From assembly GCA_965200875.1 (NCBI GenBank), contig OZ241456.1:1-64000 (forward strand): a DNA stretch of 64,000 nucleotides, written 5' to 3'. Both the position numbers and the translations under genes were made by a program. Source of the stretch: Bdellovibrionales bacterium. Its GTDB lineage: Bacteria; Bdellovibrionota; Bdellovibrionia; Bdellovibrionales; UBA1609. Positions 56,173 through 64,000 of the stretch are shown here, piece after piece; position 1 is the stretch's first letter; the number at the start of each line of letters is the position of its first letter. Below the pieces are notes generated by a model that had not been told where the DNA came from, made no database searches, and worked only from the letters and a program-made list of their open reading frames with translations.

Positions 56173-57371
56173 TAAAGCGTTAACTCAGAGGAAATAAATT
56201 CTTTTATACGGGAACAGGCAGAAGCCATTAATTTTTCATCAGTGGCAAAATGTATACGCACATAACCTGGATAATGAAATTCCTCTCCAGGAACACAAAG
56301 TACAAATTTTTCCTGAAAAAGAGCAGTTACAAAATCTGCGGAAGAACGAATCACTCCCTTCCTCCAAGAAGAACCATATAGTTTTTGTACACTCACCCAT
56401 AGATAAAAAGTTCCCTCAGGAGGAAACACTTTCAAACCTTCAATCTCCTGAAAAGCTTTTAAAGCCAAAGCTTTTTTTTTCAATAAGTTTTGGCGGGTTT
56501 CCTCCAATTCTTTGTCACACTGGGTGAGAGCATAAGCAGATGCAGTTTGTGAAATAGAGCTGGCACAACTTACGGACTGACTTTGAAATTTGGACATGGC
56601 ACTTATAATGTTTTCATGGCCCACAGCCCAGCCCACGCGCCAGCCGGGCATGGAGTAGTTTTTGGAAACAGCATTGATACATAACACACGATCTTTTAAA
56701 TCTGGAGCGACCTTTAGTAAATGAGGAGCCATAGAACCCGAAAAATACAAATGATTGTAAATATCATCACTCAACACATATATCTCTGGATAAAGCCTTA
56801 ATACATCCGCCAAGGCTTTTAAATCAGACTCACTAAAAACAGCACCGGAAGGGTTATTGGGAGAGTTTAAAATCAATATTTTGGATTTTTTCGTGATATA
56901 TTTTTTTAAAACTTCAGGCTGAAGTTTAAAGTTTTTTTCCACGCAAGTAGGAACAGGGATGAGGCGAGCTTGAGCTAACTCCACCATAGATGGATAGCTC
57001 ACCCAATAAGGTGTGGGCAAAAGGACTTCATCATCTGGATCACAAAGAGTCTGAATAGCGGAAAACAAAATAAACTTGGCACCAATGGAAACTGTTACCT
57101 GAGAAGGTTTTAAAGTTAGATCCAACCATTTTTTTGTATTGGCTATGATAGCTTCTTTTAAAATATGAGAACCGCTTGCAGGAGTGTACTTTGTGTCCCC
57201 GGCTTTTATCGCCTCAATGCCGGCAGAACATATAGCCTCTGGAGTGGCCCAAGTGGGTTCTCCTAGGGACAGGGAAATCACATCTTTTCCCTCATCTTTC
57301 AGTTTACGAGCTTTTACCCCTAAGGCCATAACAGCAGAAGGTTTTAAATTAAGCGATCTTTTCGAAAGCAT
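56172..57371 (-). CDS. PLP-dependent class I/II (aspartate-type) aminotransferase
   Basis: LSLGEP, NSPNNPSG, SDDIY, SKNYSMPGWRVG. Confidence 0.92.
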   Translation of the reverse strand: MLSKRSLNLKPSAVMALGVKARKLKDEGKDVISLSLGEPTWATPEAICSAGIEAIKAGDTKYTPASGSHILKEAIIANTKKWLDLTLKPSQVTVSIGAKFILFSAIQTLCDPDDEVLLPTPYWVSYPSMVELAQARLIPVPTCVEKNFKLQPEVLKKYITKKSKILILNSPNNPSGAVFSESDLKALADVLRLYPEIYVLSDDIYNHLYFSGSMAPHLLKVAPDLKDRVLCINAVSKNYSMPGWRVGWAVGHENIISAMSKFQSQSVSCASSISQTASAYALTQCDKELEETRQNLLKKKALALKAFQEIEGLKVFPPEGTFYLWVSVQKLYGSSWRKGVIRSSADFVTALFQEKFVLCVPGEEFHYPGYVRIHFATDEKLMASACSRIKEFISSELTL

Positions 57372-57500
57372 GGCTCTCCCTCTCTCTTTTTTTCTTAGAC
57401 CGGTTTTTCACCCTGAACCTGATCCATTAAAAAGTTTCAACGACATAAAAAATAAAATCTCAATCGTATAAAGATATTATCAAGTATTTTCCCGAAAACA

Positions 57501-58010
57501 TCAAAGAGGTTCCGGCTTAAATTTTTTCTTCAGAGCTTTTGCCACAGATTCTGGAATCCACTCACTTAAATCCTCTCCATGAGAGGCAATTTCTTTGACC
57601 ACCTGCGAAGATAAATGAGTATATTCCGGGCGGGTAAAGGCAATAAAGGTTTCACACTCCTTAAAAAGCTGTTTGTTGGCGGCCGCCATAGTCAACTCAT
57701 ATTCAAAGTCAGATACAGCTCTCACCCCTCTGATAATAACCTTAATATCCTGTTTTTTAGCATACTCCACAGTCAGCCCTTCATAAGAGGCCACTATCAC
57801 CCCTTTTATGTCCTGAAGACAGGCACGAGCCAGATCCACTCTTTCCTTCAGGGAAAAAAGATACTGTTTGCTGGCTGAAGTGGACACCAGCAAAACTAGA
57901 GGATCAAAAAACTGTCCAAGTCTTTTTACCAGATCAACATGACCTTTTGTAATAGGATCAAAACTTCCCGGATACACCGCTTTTCTGTTCAAATTGGACT
58001 TTTTTTCCAT
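57501..58010 (-). CDS. coaD: Pantetheine-phosphate adenylyltransferase
   Basis: YPGSFDPITKGH, IRGVRAVSDFEYE. Confidence 0.96.
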   Translation of the reverse strand: MEKKSNLNRKAVYPGSFDPITKGHVDLVKRLGQFFDPLVLLVSTSASKQYLFSLKERVDLARACLQDIKGVIVASYEGLTVEYAKKQDIKVIIRGVRAVSDFEYELTMAAANKQLFKECETFIAFTRPEYTHLSSQVVKEIASHGEDLSEWIPESVAKALKKKFKPEPL

Positions 58011-58123
58011 ATCATGTCTCTTTTCCTCTGAGAATTTCCAATCATAGATTGTTTTGCTAGTCAGCGCCAGTCATAAGCGACTTGAAGACAAAAAATATTT
58101 ATGGGTATTTTTAAAGTTGTGTT

Positions 58124-59344
58124 ATGGCAATTCTGACATCAGGCGAGAACAACGAGAAAAAACATCTGAAACAATTAAGTTTTAATATTATGAAAAAACA
58201 GAAAAAAAACCTCTCAGAAAGTACCCTGAACACAAAATATCTGGGACAGGTATTCACTCCAAAGGATATTGTGCAGGAGATGATTGCATTGCGTCGCAAC
58301 AAAGGTTTGGTGTTGGAACCTGCTTGCGGGAATGGAGCTTTTTTAAACCAGCTGGATAAGGCTTTAGGGATTGAGCTGGATAAAAATATCATAACCAACA
58401 AAAAAGTTTTACAGTGTGACTTTTTCGCATATTCCACTAAAAATAAATTCAGCTCCATTATCGGCAACCCCCCGTATGTGCGGTTTCAGGATATACTGCC
58501 AGAAACAAAAAAATTACTTCCAATGGAATGGTTCGACCGAAGAAGCAATCTTTATCTGTTTTTTATAGCAAAGTGCCTAAAGCATTTAAAAAAAGGAGGA
58601 GAGCTTATCTTTATCACTCCCCGGGATTTTTTAAAGGCCACCAGTGCCAGAATCTTGAACTCTCATCTCTATGAGCAAGGCTCTATCACCTATTACCGAG
58701 AACTGGGTGATTTACCGGTATTTTCCGGCTATACCCCTAATTGTGCTATCTGGCGGTGGGAAAAAGCCTGCTATAATCGCCATGTCTCAAGCGGACAGGG
58801 CTGGTTCAACCATCACAGGGGACAGCTTTGGTTTGGTTCTCCAAGTGGAGGACACTTATCCGATCTGTTTGATGTGAAAGTGGGGGCCGTAAGTGGCGCA
58901 GACCATATATTTACCAATGAAAAACATGGCAACGCGGATATGGTGTGTTCTTTTACCGCCGGCACGGGAAAAACCCGAAAAATGATTTACAACCGAAAAG
59001 ACCAATATCTTCTGCCCTACAAAAATGAGCTAATAAAGCGCCGGATCAGAGTATTTAATGAAAACAACTGGTGGGAATGGGGACGCAAATATTGCAAAAG
59101 AGATGGGCCACGCGTGTATGTGAACTGCAAAACCAGAAATTCAAAACCTTTTTTTACACACAAATCCAGAGCATACGATGGTTCGGTAATGGCTCTTTTT
59201 CCAAAAGACCCTCATACAGATGTGGAAAAAGCAGTTTTCAAGCTTAATGAAATCAGCTGGAACAATCTGGGGTTTGCCTGTGATGGAAGACTGATTTTTA
59301 CACAACGTAGCCTAGAAAATGCTCCCGTGGAGCTTTCCCTGTAA
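58124..59344 (+). CDS. Orphan N6-adenine DNA methyltransferase resembling H. pylori HP0910/M.Hpy8I type
   Basis: LGQVFTP, LEPACGNG, GNPPY, ITPRDFLK, VKVGAVSG, NNWWEWGR, QRSLENA. Confidence 0.85.
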   Translation: MAILTSGENNEKKHLKQLSFNIMKKQKKNLSESTLNTKYLGQVFTPKDIVQEMIALRRNKGLVLEPACGNGAFLNQLDKALGIELDKNIITNKKVLQCDFFAYSTKNKFSSIIGNPPYVRFQDILPETKKLLPMEWFDRRSNLYLFFIAKCLKHLKKGGELIFITPRDFLKATSARILNSHLYEQGSITYYRELGDLPVFSGYTPNCAIWRWEKACYNRHVSSGQGWFNHHRGQLWFGSPSGGHLSDLFDVKVGAVSGADHIFTNEKHGNADMVCSFTAGTGKTRKMIYNRKDQYLLPYKNELIKRRIRVFNENNWWEWGRKYCKRDGPRVYVNCKTRNSKPFFTHKSRAYDGSVMALFPKDPHTDVEKAVFKLNEISWNNLGFACDGRLIFTQRSLENAPVELSL

Positions 59345-59362
59345 TACCAAAAAAATATTGTA

Positions 59363-59935
59363 TCAGTGATCAAAAAAAGAATAAAACAGTATTTGTTTGT
59401 CACCAAATTTCTTTTTAAGTGTCAAAAAATAAAAATCAGTTTCTTCCTGAGTTTTTTCCTGAGTGGAAATTTCCAACACCAGTGTCGTGCCCTTTCTAAA
59501 AGCTTTAGAGGAAACAGAAGCTTTTAAAATTTTTTCTCCGTAGTGCTTTTTAAAAGGAGGATCTGCAAAAATTAAATCAAAACCTTCACCCCTGTAAGCA
59601 GAGAGAAAACGAAACACATCTTTTTGAAAAACTTTTACATTATTAGGGTAGAGAGGGAGAAGATTTAAAACCTGACAATTTTTTTGAATAATCTGGATCG
59701 CTTTTTTATGGGAGTCCACCATATACACCTCCCTAGCACCTCGGGACAAAGCCTCCAAGGCCAGGTTGCCTGTGCCGGAAAAAAGATCCAAAACTCTTTG
59801 ATTCTCCATTCCCCTAAGCCGGGAATAGAGACTGTTAAAAACAGAGGTTTTTACCCGATCCGTCATAGGACGAACAAAATCCGCAGAAAAAGAACAAAGT
59901 CGCCGGCCCTTATAATAACCGGAAATAATTCTCAT
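59363..59935 (-). CDS. rsmD: 16S rRNA (guanine966-N2)-methyltransferase
   Basis: MRIISG...RPMTDRVK, LDLFSGTG, EALSRGA, DPPF. Confidence 0.93.
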   Translation of the reverse strand: MRIISGYYKGRRLCSFSADFVRPMTDRVKTSVFNSLYSRLRGMENQRVLDLFSGTGNLALEALSRGAREVYMVDSHKKAIQIIQKNCQVLNLLPLYPNNVKVFQKDVFRFLSAYRGEGFDLIFADPPFKKHYGEKILKASVSSKAFRKGTTLVLEISTQEKTQEETDFYFLTLKKKFGDKQILFYSFFDH

Positions 59936-59941
59936 TATCGA

Positions 59942-60313
59942 TTACAGCACTATATCCCTAGGTGGTGGCCTGAACAAGTCTTCCGCCCGGTCAAAAAACC
60001 GAACAATATCCTGAAAAGGTTTAGAGACAAACAAGTCCACACCTGGAATAGATGCTCCCTCAGAAAAAGCCCTGTGAGCGGACATCATTACCACTTTCTC
60101 ATTGTTTTTTTTACCCGCCTCCTGCAATAAAGAAGGACCATCTAAACCCGGCAAAAAAATATCCAAAAACACCAAATGTGGCTGAAACTTACGCCAAACC
60201 CTCAAACCCCTTAAGCCATTATTTTCTGTTTTCACTATATGCCCCCTAGAAAGTGCCACTCGTGCCAGACACTTTTCAATCAAAACTTCATCATCCACAA
60301 TCAAAACCCTCAT
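59942..60313 (-). CDS. Single-domain response regulator
   Basis: LIVDDE, FLDIFLPGLDG, KPF. Confidence 0.9.
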   Translation of the reverse strand: MRVLIVDDEVLIEKCLARVALSRGHIVKTENNGLRGLRVWRKFQPHLVFLDIFLPGLDGPSLLQEAGKKNNEKVVMMSAHRAFSEGASIPGVDLFVSKPFQDIVRFFDRAEDLFRPPPRDIVL

Positions 60314-60332
60314 TTTATCGTTATACCATATC

Positions 60333-61808
60333 TTATATGGATTCCAAAGGCAGTGTCATGGTAAAACAAGCACCCCCTAACCCGGAACGACCAGCTGTTA
60401 AACTTCCTTCAAAACTTTCCACAATATTTTTACTCATACTCAGCCCCAACCCTGTCCCCTGAGACTCACTTTTTGTCGTAAAAAAAGGCTTAAACACATT
60501 CTCATAATCCTTAAACGGAATGCCTGATCCACTGTCTTCCACATATAAAAAAGCTTTTTCTTTCTCCCTTAAAACCCTAACTTTTACAGTCTGCCGAGAA
60601 CCTTTCAAACCCGATACAGCCTGACAGGCGTTTTTCATTAAATTAAAAATCACCTGTCTCAGCAAACAAGCCTGAGTTTTCACCAAAACCGGTACAGAGC
60701 AAAGTTCTATTTGAAGATCAGAAAAATGTATAAGAGATTTTAAAAGCGGTACGGTTTTTTTAACCCCTTCATTTAAATCACACACATCCAGCTGACTGCC
60801 CTGCCGGGAAAAATCCAGAAGATTGGAAATAATCTCCTGTGAACGAGAAACCCCTTCAGCAATATCCTGCATATCCTTTCGCTCCTCATTGTTTAATTTA
60901 TGAGAGCTTAAAAGCCATTGCGCCATAGATAACACACCGGCAAGAGGATTATTTAATTGATGGGCGACTGATTCCCCCAGCTCCCCTAAAGCAGACATTT
61001 TCCGATTTTGAATCATTTGTGTTCTTAAACTCAAAGACTCGCTAATATCCGCATAATGACAAACAATATACTCACTGCCCTTAATAAGAACCGGATAAGA
61101 ATGTTTTTCAAAAATCCGTCCTTCTCTTTGTAAAGTCTGATCCAAAGAAATATTTTTCACATTATCAAACAGACGCTCAAAAGCGGAGTTCGCATTACTT
61201 AATCGGTTTTGTTCGTCAAAAACAGCCAAAGGTTCATTTAACTCATCAAAAGTGGAGGTTAAAAGCTCTAAGCCGGTTTCCAAATGAAACTGCCATAAAA
61301 GGCGATCCAAACACTTTGTGATCAATGTTAAATAAGACTCATAAAAACTCTTAAGTTTCTTAGGATCTTTTATAAAAAATTCCACAAAAATATAACTAGG
61401 ATAATCTACACTATACTGACTGGTATAAATAGGCACAGTTAAAATATTCTGAACTGGCCGACCTAAGGATTTTGTCCAATATTGGATATCTGTTCTGTCT
61501 CCTATTCTAAGATTTTGTCTCTCATGCTCATTAAATCGTTTGTACTTAGAGGAAGACTTGTAAATTCTTTTGGAATGACACAGATACTGAAGAGGGCCGA
61601 AATGACCTGAGTGCCAACAGAAAAAAAAACTTCTTACTTTAAACTGCCGAACAGTCTCTTTATAAAGAAGGAATAAAAAGTCGGCAAGAGAAGAAACTTT
61701 AAAAAGTTTATCACAAAACTTCAAATGAGATTTGATTTCCCGAATCTGATTTTCCAGTTTTTTTCTCTCTCCGGGTCTGAAAGAGGACTTGTACAGTTCA
61801 TCAGGCAA
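60333..61808 (-). CDS. Sensor histidine kinase
   Basis: AHQLNNPL H-box, NLMKNA, DSGSG, PFFTTK, GTGLGL. Confidence 0.92.
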   Translation of the reverse strand: MPDELYKSSFRPGERKKLENQIREIKSHLKFCDKLFKVSSLADFLFLLYKETVRQFKVRSFFFCWHSGHFGPLQYLCHSKRIYKSSSKYKRFNEHERQNLRIGDRTDIQYWTKSLGRPVQNILTVPIYTSQYSVDYPSYIFVEFFIKDPKKLKSFYESYLTLITKCLDRLLWQFHLETGLELLTSTFDELNEPLAVFDEQNRLSNANSAFERLFDNVKNISLDQTLQREGRIFEKHSYPVLIKGSEYIVCHYADISESLSLRTQMIQNRKMSALGELGESVAHQLNNPLAGVLSMAQWLLSSHKLNNEERKDMQDIAEGVSRSQEIISNLLDFSRQGSQLDVCDLNEGVKKTVPLLKSLIHFSDLQIELCSVPVLVKTQACLLRQVIFNLMKNACQAVSGLKGSRQTVKVRVLREKEKAFLYVEDSGSGIPFKDYENVFKPFFTTKSESQGTGLGLSMSKNIVESFEGSLTAGRSGLGGACFTMTLPLESI

Positions 61809-62139
61809 TTTGATCTTCCACTATATCGTATTGCAGATCATTTAAATAAGAATGAATAAGAATATCTTTTTGCAAAATCGCCAATGTCACTTCCCGTTTT
61901 TTCCGCAAGAGCTGGATTACTGTTTTTTTTTCCTTTTCAGAAATTTTCTCTGGGTTATATTTTTTCAGCTGAATATCTAGGTTTTCAATAGCATCCAGAA
62001 TAATTTGACGACTGTAATAAAATTGCTTGATATGACTGTAATCCCCCTTTTGCAAACGCTGACATTCTAAAGTGCTGATTTTTTCAAATTGAAAAAGATA
62101 ATTATTTTTCTGCCGTAATAAATCAATAACCAATTTCAT
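61801..62139 (-). CDS. Hypothetical helical protein
   Basis: 112-aa ORF with GAGG SD, overlapping the kinase start. Confidence 0.65.
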   Translation of the reverse strand: MKLVIDLLRQKNNYLFQFEKISTLECQRLQKGDYSHIKQFYYSRQIILDAIENLDIQLKKYNPEKISEKEKKTVIQLLRKKREVTLAILQKDILIHSYLNDLQYDIVEDQIA

Positions 62140-62309
62140 ACTTAACCTCTAATATCAAATGATTACATTTTATATTATGCCAGATATTTTGAAAAAAAAA
62201 GAGTCAATAATATAACTTGTCTAAAGATGAGACACTAAAAAAAACTTTTTATCCCAAATGCTTATAAATGGTGAAAAACACTTGACAGGGTATTGGTCCA
62301 GTCGAGTTT

Positions 62310-63998
62310 TTAATCTAAAATCTTCATCATATATTCCTGCATAAAATTTTTTGTGTGATCCGGGTTGACCTTTAGTTCCACTACAGCAGGAGAGGAAAAA
62401 GAAAGTGTTTTCGGCCACTCTTCAACAAAATAATAATTTAACCCCCACATTTCTGCCCATTTTCCAAATTGTAAGGCATGCGCATTCAGGAATATTGGAT
62501 CAGAAAACAAAGAGGAAAAAATCTGCCCACCACTGTTATTAATAATCCCCAAAAAAATTTTCATATTGACATCCATTTGTTTTAAAATCCACGGGGCGGA
62601 GAGATCATATAAACAACTTAAGTCTCCTATCAGACACCAGTTTTGTCTATCTGGTTCAGAAGAACCTAAAAAAGAGGATAAAAGCCCGTCAATACCGTTA
62701 GCTCCTCTGTTACATAAGTATTTTAACTCTTTATCCGGGTGATAAAGACCGGCCAGATTCCACTCCCTTATGGGGAGGCTGTTTCCTAAGAACAAAAGAG
62801 AACGAGAAGGGATTTTTTGAGAGAATTTTCTTATAAGAGCAGGTTCACTTAAAGGATATTTTTTCAACAACTCATTTAAAACCTGGGTTTGTTTTTTATC
62901 TTTTTTAAGTATGTCCAAAGTGTTTTTTTTCAAGGTTTTTCGGTAGCGGGTTTTCCGGTCTCGAAAATCATATTCTTCCTTACTCCATTCAAAAAAATCA
63001 AAAAAAGAAACTACGGGGTGAGTACGGCCAAGCCCTGAATAATGCTGCTCACTCACGGATAAAACAGGTATATGTGTTTTTTCCAAATCTATCCAGAACC
63101 GGGCACAAGGTCTTCCCCCTATACGCAAAACCCCATCTATTTTTTTATTTGAGATCAGCCACGATAAAAACCTATCCCCAGACTTTAAAATAACAGATTT
63201 TAATTTTTGAGATTCCCGCAGGCCGGAAGGGGCTTCCGCATAAACCGGCCAAGAAAAATCACTTAAAACTTTTTCTGTATTTTCTCTCACACTTTCCGAA
63301 AGTTCAGCTACAATACACAAAGGTTTTTTTACTTTTGAAAAAAAAATTTTTATACGGCTTGCTGGTGCAAAAGCAAGAGGGAGGGAGGGCTGAGAAGCTG
63401 GCAAAGAAGGAAATGGAGAAGAAAATACAAGCGGTTTTATTTTTTTATCCATCAAAGGCTCAGAAAAACAAATATTGATATGACAGGGAATCTTTCTTCC
63501 CCAAGAAGACAAATCAAATTTCTGAGGACTTTCCAAATCCCATGTTTTTTCCACATAATGAGAAAAGATCCCCACCTGCTCAATACTTTGAGGAGCACCA
63601 GTTCCACGGTAAGAAGAAGGACGATCAGCCGTAATCAGTACTAAAGGAAGATGAGAGTAATAAGATTCAATAACAGCCGGAAGAAGCTCTGCTACAGCTG
63701 TGCCGGAAGTGGTAATGACCGCTAAAGGGGCTTTATCTCTTCGACATCTCCCCATTGCGAAAAAACCCGCTGATCTTTCTTCAAAAAAGGAAAACACTTT
63801 TAAACCTTTGGCTTGAGAAACAACAGAAACAAGAGGGGCATTTCTACCTCCTGGACAGAGGCAAAAAGTAAAGACACCATGTATTTTCACAAGCTGAGCA
63901 ATCACTCCCTCAGAGAAAGCAATATTTCCACTCATAAAATCAGACTTTTTCACCGAAACAAGTTTTTTCATTGATGCTTTCCTCTTTTCCATACTCAC
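62310..63998 (-). CDS. menD: SEPHCHC synthase (menaquinone biosynthesis); start uncertain
   Basis: PGGRNAPL, EERSAGFFA, TSGTA, TADRP, NRGANGIDG, GDLS...NNSGG. Confidence 0.93.
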   Translation of the reverse strand: MSMEKRKASMKKLVSVKKSDFMSGNIAFSEGVIAQLVKIHGVFTFCLCPGGRNAPLVSVVSQAKGLKVFSFFEERSAGFFAMGRCRRDKAPLAVITTSGTAVAELLPAVIESYYSHLPLVLITADRPSSYRGTGAPQSIEQVGIFSHYVEKTWDLESPQKFDLSSWGRKIPCHINICFSEPLMDKKIKPLVFSSPFPSLPASQPSLPLAFAPASRIKIFFSKVKKPLCIVAELSESVRENTEKVLSDFSWPVYAEAPSGLRESQKLKSVILKSGDRFLSWLISNKKIDGVLRIGGRPCARFWIDLEKTHIPVLSVSEQHYSGLGRTHPVVSFFDFFEWSKEEYDFRDRKTRYRKTLKKNTLDILKKDKKQTQVLNELLKKYPLSEPALIRKFSQKIPSRSLLFLGNSLPIREWNLAGLYHPDKELKYLCNRGANGIDGLLSSFLGSSEPDRQNWCLIGDLSCLYDLSAPWILKQMDVNMKIFLGIINNSGGQIFSSLFSDPIFLNAHALQFGKWAEMWGLNYYFVEEWPKTLSFSSPAVVELKVNPDHTKNFMQEYMMKILD

Positions 63999-64000
63999 TA

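Overview
AT-rich bacterial chromosome segment. Gene order and protein styles suggest a Bdellovibrionota/Oligoflexia-like organism, but this is inference. The housekeeping backbone contains pepA, clpP-clpX-lon, a caa3-type cytochrome c oxidase operon, secA, murA-prmC-prfA-rho, ppx-gatBAC, ligA, an aminotransferase, coaD, rsmD, a two-component pair, menD and three tRNAs (Val, Asn, Ser). Several accessory insertions interrupt it. (1) A decayed defence patch holds an intact SIR2-STAND NTPase-TPR (Avs5-like) gene between R-M remnants. (2) Two orphan N6-adenine methyltransferases sit inside conserved operons (cox1/cox3 and rsmD/coaD). (3) A type IIG R-M fusion is flanked by small coiled-coil/TM genes and a MITE-like element. 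(4) An FGE/CLec-domain gene and a fic gene follow ligA, with a palindromic 69-bp tandem array upstream of fic. The most striking structure is a three-gene type IV pilin-like cassette. Its first gene is frameshifted at a poly-C tract in the prepilin leader, its last gene carries 22 Cys-Cys repeats, and the ~4.9-kb block is bounded by a 32-bp near-perfect direct repeat. A second surface gene (a lipoprotein at the window start) is also frameshifted at a poly-C tract just after its lipobox. This points to homopolymer phase variation of surface structures, although homopolymer sequencing error cannot be excluded. All family assignments are by motif recognition; no searches were run.
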